A stretch of DNA of 24,008 nt from a virus (Duplodnaviria > Caudoviricetes): the IMG/VR virus record IMGVR_UViG_3300022923_000105, positions 1-24,008 of that record. The stretch is one strand, 5' to 3'. Each line of letters begins with the position of its first letter. Positions within the stretch are counted from its first letter, which is position 1. This document shows, piece by piece, positions 20,301-24,008 of the stretch. The notes under the pieces are model-generated. The model worked only from the letters and a program-made list of their open reading frames with translations. It searched no databases and was not told where the DNA came from. The position numbers and the translations under genes were made by a program.

Positions 20301-23300
20301 CAAAATTGACAAACAGGTCACATACCAATACGAGCTAGACACTTTAGATCTTGCAATAGGCAAACATGTGAAGGTCACGAGTGCAGACACGGGTGGATGG
20401 AAACTGTTCATGAAGACCGCCTCAGGTTGGGAAAACGTTGGAACAGAAAACGGCACCATAAGATTGAGTACGAAACTATATGATTACACACAGGATGCCA
20501 CAGGATTTGCAGGTGCTGATACATTTGATGACAACTTCTTCGACCAAGAACCAAGCCAAGAAACTAGGAAAATACTCACAGCATTGAGGGATGATTTATT
20601 CATCAATGATCTAGCAATAGAATACAACACATTGTTCTTCACAGGTCTGAGAAAGGTTTTGTCTGAGCAGACTTATGTTGACTGGATGTTCAAGACGTCC
20701 TTTATAAACGCTAAAAATAGTGTAAGACAACTCGACCAGCGGAAAACATACACGATTGGCACGGACAGTTGGATAGAGAGCTACATCAACGAGGTCAAAC
20801 CTTTCCATACAAAATTAAGAGAGTACAAACTGGGATATGATAAGACGGAAACGCAAGACGGTATATTCACAGATTTTGACAACCCAACTTTCTATGATGA
20901 TACAACGGGCAAAATAAGAAGTCTTAATGTTGATCTAGACACCAGCAAGTTAACAGAATACCCATGGCAGATGTGGAACGATTATCACAAGAAGTACGTG
21001 CAGTCAATCACAGTGACGTCAGGTGGTTCCGGTTACGATGTTGCCCCAACGGTGACCATACTAGGCGGTACAGCAGGATCAACAGGACCTTTCCAGATAC
21101 AGGCCACAAGCAAGGCAGGCCCCACGAGTGGACAGTTTGGATACTACTATCCGTTGTTCACAAGTGAGAAACAGGCCGAGATATACGACACACAGAATTC
21201 AGGATCTGGAACTACCAATTCTTACACTTTCGATGGGATAGCAGGCACGTTCTATGGCCCAACAGCATCAGTGAGGGAATCAGAAAGCGACAAGTCAGAC
21301 ACGTTCAAGATGTACGTGACACCTACTACCACGGCCGCGACTGCCACTGCCATCATACAAGGTGGATCAGTTATAAAAATAAATGTCACGGGAATAGGTG
21401 CCAATTACACTGCAACACCTACAGTGGTGTTATCGGGTGGTAAAACGGACGGCACGACGCCAACAGACACAGCCAAAGCCTATGCCAACCTTAACAATGA
21501 TCTAGTCAGAGACTTTGACACGACCATAAAGTTTGACAGGGTGTCAAGCACTTCACGTGTGGTTGATTGGGCAGTATCTACTGCATATGCATACAATGAC
21601 CTAATTAGATACAACAATGAACTTTACAAAGTTACAAATGCATTCACATCGAGCACCGACTTCGATGACAACATAGGAAGTGTCTATAAGGTGTACGGTG
21701 ATGAGACAGGATTGACAGCGGCGGACAGGACCAAGGGATTCTACACCCCAGGGGCAGGAATGCCAGGCAATGAACTGGATCAGGTTATGTCGGGAGTGGA
21801 CTACGGTGGAACCATGGTCACAGGATTACTATTCAACCAAGAACAGGGTTGGGACAGATCAGGCTGGTATGATTTCCCATGGGACAACTACGGAGAATCA
21901 AGGATCAAGGCCTTCAGGGCTGATGGTTCAACAGCGGCCTACACGTTTGACATTGCACCAGCATCGACTGATGTTTACCAAGTTTACCTGACACAGGATG
22001 ACAGCACACGTAAAAAATTATCAGATGTGGTAAGGGGCGATGGTTCAACTGCAACATTTACAATAAGTGAGACACCAGAGGAAAACGCATTGGTAGAATT
22101 CATACCGTTCGACGACGACGGTGTGCTTACACCAACAGATGACAGGACACTAGATTCCATAGTCAAAGGAGGCCTGTTCACATCAGCACTGGGCCATGCA
22201 CCAAGTGATATAGTATTGGAAGGGGATGATTTCGTTTCTCCAGACACAAGTTACGCTCCAGAGGAGGTTGTTCCAGGACAACTATTTGACACGTTAGACA
22301 TCAAGGTGTACACATCACCAGAATCAGGTGTGCCATTCATCAGTGAGATGAACCACAGGGGGAATGGAAGCACAACCACATTCAGCATAGGCGACTATCC
22401 AGGAACATTGGGCTCGGTCACTGTGTCAGTAGATGGTGTTGTGCAGAAACTCACAACAAACTATTCCGTTAACGTCGCTAACAAAACAATCACATTTACA
22501 TCTGCTCCTGCAAACAACAGCGTCATATCAACAAAGGTTTTTGCAATATCGGGAGAGAATTACAGAGTACTAAACACATTCACAGGTGACGGTAGCACAA
22601 CAACTTTCTTGACGTCAACAAGGGGAGAATTCAATCTAGATTCAACGTCCTCTGACATGTATGTTACAATAGACGGAGTGCCAACAACTGCATACACCAC
22701 AACAACTGCGGCCAACACGATCACGGTGATATTCGATACAGCACCAGCGGCAAGTTCTTACATACAGGTTGCTGGATTCAACAAATCCACAACATCTACA
22801 AGAAGTTATGCAAGTGTGAGAAATCAAACCATAACTTACGATGGTTCGACAAACAGACACACACTAACATATCCGCCTGGTGCCATAGGACCATTCTCAG
22901 GACTTACAACTGTAGAAGTAAACGGAAGGGTGCTACGAGGACCGGACAACACATACTACGTCGGTGACGGAAGCACTTACACATACGGTGTAGTGTCAGG
23001 TCTGGAAGACGATTCAACAGTTGATCCAGCCAAGACAATAACGGCCGCAAGCCAAGTACAAGTTTTTGTGAATGGTGTTGAGAAAAATCTTAACACACAC
23101 TACACAGTTGACATAGGAAATCAAAACATCGAATTTGTGACTGCATCTGTTCCTACGTCGACAGATGTTATTTGCATATCAACACTTGTTGACAACCAGT
23201 ACTACAATGAGGGCACTGACATAATTTTAGTTCCAAGTGCGATAACATCACCTTATAGTTTAAGTGCAAGTGATGTATTGTCCGTGACTACGTTCAATAA

Positions 23301-24008
23301 TGCATTGGGAATGAAACAAAGAAGAGAAGTCCTGGAAGGAAGACCGAGCGGTGTGTTCAAATTAAGGTTTGACACCCTGAACGCAGGATACACATACGTA
23401 TGGTTGAATGGTGAGCAATTGGTACAGGGATCAGACTACACAGCGAGTGGCAACACAATTACTGTGGTCGGCAAAACAATAACATCATCAGACAGACTTG
23501 ATGTTATGTACTTCGCCTTAGAATCAGCGACGGGTGCCACGGGATTCAGGATATTCAAGGACATGATGAACAGGACGTTCTACAAACGTATCAGTAAAAC
23601 AGGAACAACAAAATTAACAGTAGATATGACTGCAGGAACACAGACCATAACAGTGGAAGATGCGAGTGTGCTACCAACACCAAACGCATCTGCGAATGTC
23701 CCCGGTGTCATATTCATAGACAAAGAGAGAATAGAATACTTTACGAAATCAGGTAACACGTTGGGACAAATAAGACGTGGAACACTTGGTACAGGAATTA
23801 AGGAGCATGGATCAGGCACTGAAGTGGTAGATGCGTCTGGTACTCAAACCATCCCTTATGCGGACACTGTGTACACCAACACCTTCACAGGTGATGGTAG
23901 CACGGCAACATTCGCACTATCACAAGCACCATCATCCGCTAGTGAGTTAGACATATTCATTGGTGGCCAACGATTGTTGCTCACTAGCGAGGATGGATCA
24001 ACTATCAA
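11368..24008 (+). CDS. Giant multidomain baseplate/adhesin protein, probably gp7/gpI-like wedge, more than 4,213 aa and truncated by the right edge
   Basis: The ATG overlaps the gp6 stop (TAATG). The frame reads MADNPTNALTNNEVVKQGNNEYRRTVQHLPAFYRTD... and was open in every segment I translated, up to ...LLLTSEDGSTI at the end. The ORF track lists no closed ORF in this frame, consistent with no stop. Wedge-like motifs are HLPAFY (about 11449), YIREKGTQNAI (about 16669) and EVKPFHT (about 20791). Confidence 0.9.
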   Translation, partial: MADNPTNALTNNEVVKQGNNEYRRTVQHLPAFYRTDANQRFLASTMDPLVQKGSLERLDGYIGRQDAYTRNVADRYITATSRDRFAYQLEPAVTYTDRDTTSVNPEDQVKFTGTYDDYINQIKYLGGKVNNHDRLNKETVYSWNPAIDYDKLVNYREYYWMPDGPGSIEIDSVGPSVVAEYSVKNNSQSAYEFTHRENENNPILTLYRGNTYKFSVNAKGHPFWIMTEPYKSKVSLDGSTSTIFDTGVTNNGADEGTVTFTVPTTGAPDTLYYQCGNHDAMYGILQIKDATSTTAINVEDDIIGVKNYSIRTLDLSNGMKIKFTNSLVATAYQDKEYYVEGVGDAITLTDVEDLITPGSYATESTILYDQAGYDSRPYAKAFYTPENKDYMTIKRDSRDQNAWSRYNRWFHRSVIEETARIGGFTPTLNEDDRAKRPIIEFDSGLALYNHGTVAKRSVTLYDTVTTDAFSTVVRQTGYIIDGLALADGMRVIFAADTDPTVKNKIYDVNFVTAGDSTQVINLTEASDATPTANDSIFIEFGTTNQGKTFYYDDTTETFKEAQQKTGVNQQPLFGMWDNNHISFDDATTYPNSTFAGAKVFAFATSDTATMDTVLGIKVKYNTINNVGDIVFESDHTSGTFTYRDDTKTLTKKLAEGHLHYTTGRATHNSRSAWIKRTTESKQRVIRTFIVDATEKQLFPVDFYKDSADLTDLEVSVSVNGSRKTLTTDYTLETGTKNKYVKFNTALEVNDQIRIAGYSSADKIVDKGIYEIPENLATNSLNQQLGTFTFGQILAHVRDILDKNQDVTGAIPGVSNLRDKPDARLKGGSIHQHEGSLLPAIFGLVDQNSNIISSIDYVSQEYEKWYNAFLTHATSTAYEGVAADRVDEIITAITPGRNSTFPFFYEDMLGWGENVSTRSYTVMGSSQTEYALDSQHNITTLSNRAVYVYLNDVQLLLGTDYTFSTTDDSVNISKTLAQGDKIVIKDYTDTTGSYMPPSPTKLGMYPKFTPETFTDTTYLTDTAVIRKHDGSIIKAYGDERDDLILELEKRIYNNIKVTYDATLVDVHDVLPSAFTSTEYTLQEVDGVMAPDFYQWAGRNNVQYINNTAFTEGSPFTYNYARSKGRLIDGNLPGHWRGIYKYFYDTDAPHVRPWEMLGHSEKPSTWDATYGTAPYTSGNDVLWNAIATEPGRYGKPSIRDYLPVDASGNLLDPLAAGLVDNFDIPGRQNAWKFGDQAPAETAWRRSSAYPFTVIKALALTKPAKFFSNLFDPSRLTTNVAGNQINTATGIRNTLATAKYHLETETNTATGVTTRYQTAGYQPLVINYLISRNLDSKTFYYDKMKNLSVQLSYKLGGFTEKDNIKILTDSVSPGSKSGSKFIPDENYKILFRTSNPVESFQYSGVLIEKNTDVSQDGSTILGGYKILGYSTTKPYFSFNYPVKTTTATPVSTEGSTVVEQYTAYQQTTQTIPYGHVFDTIQDVADFLFGYGQWLESQGFRFNKFSNELKETLNWANAVREFLFWTTQEWSPGSAITVSPAADGFELDTNNSIVGKLRNLAGDYSLLDSGGRKIDISEISTKRIGKTFELGIKSDTVGLYNIALNTVQKEHVLLFDNSTVFADIIYDPFTGFRQQRLKLVGWKTAGWNGDYYAPGFVFDAAQVTYWTANTDYRIGDSVEYQGKFYVAKTNHNSGATFEKTNWTLKDEKPAPQLIPNFEYKIAQFNDFYELETNNFDESQQQLAQRLTGYQSRDYLENLFVNDVSQYKFYQGYIREKGTQNAIDKILKAKYEGEDITLDLYPEWMIRTGNFGNTDSIENIQITLKDDEITADPQSIELLDTSSDTVEYARSDAIVKDNFYYKPVEYTASTTFKRLDYTKEGVDRDTAQVFKTAGYPQPQQVQHTAFDIDEILNLDMNAISTNDLIWIANKSNRDWDVLRITSAGIKIATLNLINDATQLEITFTDSHNLNAGTTTTQADYFGISNSEEATLNGVYQVIATPSHKTVIIDYDGNVGFIPALEDGSTADSYGNIYKFISVRLASMDNVNDLLEYDQYTDKNDAIEQPGDKVFADADSSGLWRVYEKQDPYTTALVLSPDASTAGQEFGHRIVARNDGRTVIASAPGKGQGEVHFLFRSSTEAGTELQTQSTATMTDNDDNTSRLGESLSISTDENFVVAGAPYTNAVGADGSTRFIDSGLIKIYLWDPSTFKYGILDTVRAPTDGSTLNENANFGWAHKISEPGTTSTRTTADKYLFVSAPGHDNDRGRVYMYTWGVGADGSTYDTWTQDYTIEAPAGGSGQRFGHRIQSNDNGDILAVSSVAPGNAGKVEIFIKTSQSNDGSTQNSFALAQTITGVASDGSSINTAFGESMAMSKDGTTLVIGAPGVDSTAHPDAGAIYYYKWNADDSTNTYTLQQTISAPESSTNMKFGTSLDITDDGTRLVIGSENFASSREMKFDSGETTFDLQDTNIVDNNVQSGGVFTATMYNTKFIIDDRMTSQNISEQDDFGRGVCVIDNSVFVGAPKDDGNTATDGSTKIVNDGTVACYDLTVNGQYAWKNLVTETALIDIDKVGKVFEFDRKTKQIKDYYDLYDPVKGRILGLADREIDIKTAWDPAIYNIGDNANTMTPWAETHVGEVWWDLSTVKWLWYEQDTQEYKTNHWGQTFPGSSIDIYEWIESRLLPSEWNNRTEGAISTISGTALHGDDSQYTVVQKYDSRLDRFVNFYYYWVKGKTTLPRDTNRKNTVAFVANLISNPRTFDYKYYSITDTNKLVLNNISNLTNDDVVLNVDTRTNTFEGDSHSVWKLVREGDADYRPGQQIETRWWDSLIGKNTTGDTVPDNDLPLNERYGNSIRPRQSWYVDRFDALKEIIDYANSVLKKNQLVGQISLTNLDSAEPEPTAQSGEWDATVDTYAELTYLNTADISGTVNYLVKADETANNYWAIYQWDGTEFTRTKVQTYNTSAYWSYTDWYKTDGDMVHGENTKIDKQVTYQYELDTLDLAIGKHVKVTSADTGGWKLFMKTASGWENVGTENGTIRLSTKLYDYTQDATGFAGADTFDDNFFDQEPSQETRKILTALRDDLFINDLAIEYNTLFFTGLRKVLSEQTYVDWMFKTSFINAKNSVRQLDQRKTYTIGTDSWIESYINEVKPFHTKLREYKLGYDKTETQDGIFTDFDNPTFYDDTTGKIRSLNVDLDTSKLTEYPWQMWNDYHKKYVQSITVTSGGSGYDVAPTVTILGGTAGSTGPFQIQATSKAGPTSGQFGYYYPLFTSEKQAEIYDTQNSGSGTTNSYTFDGIAGTFYGPTASVRESESDKSDTFKMYVTPTTTAATATAIIQGGSVIKINVTGIGANYTATPTVVLSGGKTDGTTPTDTAKAYANLNNDLVRDFDTTIKFDRVSSTSRVVDWAVSTAYAYNDLIRYNNELYKVTNAFTSSTDFDDNIGSVYKVYGDETGLTAADRTKGFYTPGAGMPGNELDQVMSGVDYGGTMVTGLLFNQEQGWDRSGWYDFPWDNYGESRIKAFRADGSTAAYTFDIAPASTDVYQVYLTQDDSTRKKLSDVVRGDGSTATFTISETPEENALVEFIPFDDDGVLTPTDDRTLDSIVKGGLFTSALGHAPSDIVLEGDDFVSPDTSYAPEEVVPGQLFDTLDIKVYTSPESGVPFISEMNHRGNGSTTTFSIGDYPGTLGSVTVSVDGVVQKLTTNYSVNVANKTITFTSAPANNSVISTKVFAISGENYRVLNTFTGDGSTTTFLTSTRGEFNLDSTSSDMYVTIDGVPTTAYTTTTAANTITVIFDTAPAASSYIQVAGFNKSTTSTRSYASVRNQTITYDGSTNRHTLTYPPGAIGPFSGLTTVEVNGRVLRGPDNTYYVGDGSTYTYGVVSGLEDDSTVDPAKTITAASQVQVFVNGVEKNLNTHYTVDIGNQNIEFVTASVPTSTDVICISTLVDNQYYNEGTDIILVPSAITSPYSLSASDVLSVTTFNNALGMKQRREVLEGRPSGVFKLRFDTLNAGYTYVWLNGEQLVQGSDYTASGNTITVVGKTITSSDRLDVMYFALESATGATGFRIFKDMMNRTFYKRISKTGTTKLTVDMTAGTQTITVEDASVLPTPNASANVPGVIFIDKERIEYFTKSGNTLGQIRRGTLGTGIKEHGSGTEVVDASGTQTIPYADTVYTNTFTGDGSTATFALSQAPSSASELDIFIGGQRLLLTSEDGSTI
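11968..12228 (+). other. Cupredoxin-like domain within the giant ORF
   Basis: NPILTLYRGNTYKFSVNAKGHPFWI...GVTNNGADEGTVTFTVP...APDTLYYQCGNHDAMYGILQI, with His at 12028 and C-x2-H-x2-M at 12190/12199/12208. Confidence 0.75.
16351..16461 (+). other. CBM5/12-like carbohydrate-binding module 1 within the giant ORF
   Basis: WTANTDYRIGDSVEYQGKFYVAKTNHNSGATFEKTNW fits the W-x5-Y-x2-GD-x-V-x-Y-x-G-x2-Y-x-A pattern. Confidence 0.65.
17650..19020 (+). repeat. Seven FG-GAP-like repeats (7-bladed beta-propeller) within the giant ORF
   Basis: Blades start with FGHR (17665), LGES (17836), FGWA (18046), FGHR (18256), FGES (18448), FGTS (18634) and FGRG (18871). Most are followed by SAP/GAP and a G-x-V/I strand. 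Confidence 0.85.
21004..21441 (+). repeat. Two I-x-VT-x-GGSGY...PTV-x-I/L-x-GG repeats, with an insert between them
   Basis: SITVTSGGSGYDVAPTVTILGG (21004) and KINVTGIGANYTATPTVVLSGG (about 21376). This repeat type is common in structural proteins of T4-like marine phages. Confidence 0.6.
21568..21666 (+). other. CBM5/12-like module 2 within the giant ORF
   Basis: WAVSTAYAYNDLIRYNNELYKVTNAFTSSTDFD has the same spacing as module 1. Confidence 0.55.
21910..24008 (+). repeat. Tandem beta-sandwich repeats (GDGSTxxF ... VxVNG/VDG ... Y ... ITF..AP) within the giant ORF
   Basis: Units begin near 22036, 22360, 22585, 22837, 22963 and 23890. Related isolated units occur near 13507 (VSVSVNG...TDYTL) and 14200 (VYVYLND...TDYTF). 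Confidence 0.7.

Noticed and set aside
22033-22041. RGD integrin-ligand motif in a protein that also has an integrin-like propeller
   Set aside because: It is a by-product of the xGDGST repeat, and one RGD in more than 4,000 aa is expected by chance.
49-23819. The many short ORFs in the track that are antisense or out of frame to the main genes (for example 49..234, 3822..4313, 16135..16605, 18549..18977)
   Set aside because: They lie within long, motif-supported genes and have no recognisable motifs. They are shadow ORFs from codon bias.
11369-24008. Apparent 12.6-kb gene desert or ncRNA region in the ORF track
   Set aside because: It is one open frame starting at 11368. The track omits it only because the stop lies outside the window.
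1-24008. CRISPR arrays, tRNAs, introns, inteins, diversity-generating retroelement repeats and intrinsic terminators
   Set aside because: I saw no nucleotide-level repeat arrays, cloverleafs, splice motifs or hairpin-plus-U tracts by eye, and the intergenic space is minimal. A computational scan would be needed to exclude them fully.

Overview
This window is a fragment of a large T4-like/jumbo myophage genome, read in the standard genetic code. The left arm (minus strand) carries a gp55-type late sigma factor, a gp47/Mre11 recombination nuclease and an AT-rich sulfotransferase-like gene that runs off the left edge and is absent from the ORF track. A 141-bp divergent intergenic region holds a perfect T4 late promoter (TATAAATA) interlocked with a sigma70-like promoter that faces the sigma gene. 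The right arm (plus strand) is a contractile-tail baseplate operon: tube initiator, LysM/gp53, hub, gp5-like spike without lysozyme, gp25, gp6, and a giant ORF of more than 4,200 codons (11368 to the window end) that is also missing from the ORF track because it has no stop in the window. The giant protein looks like a gp7/gpI wedge scaffold expanded with a cupredoxin-like domain carrying a full His/Cys/His/Met ligand set, two CBM5/12-like modules, a 7-bladed FG-GAP propeller, beta-sandwich repeats and at least 15 DGST tetrapeptides. All family calls come from manual translation and motif recognition, not database searches.
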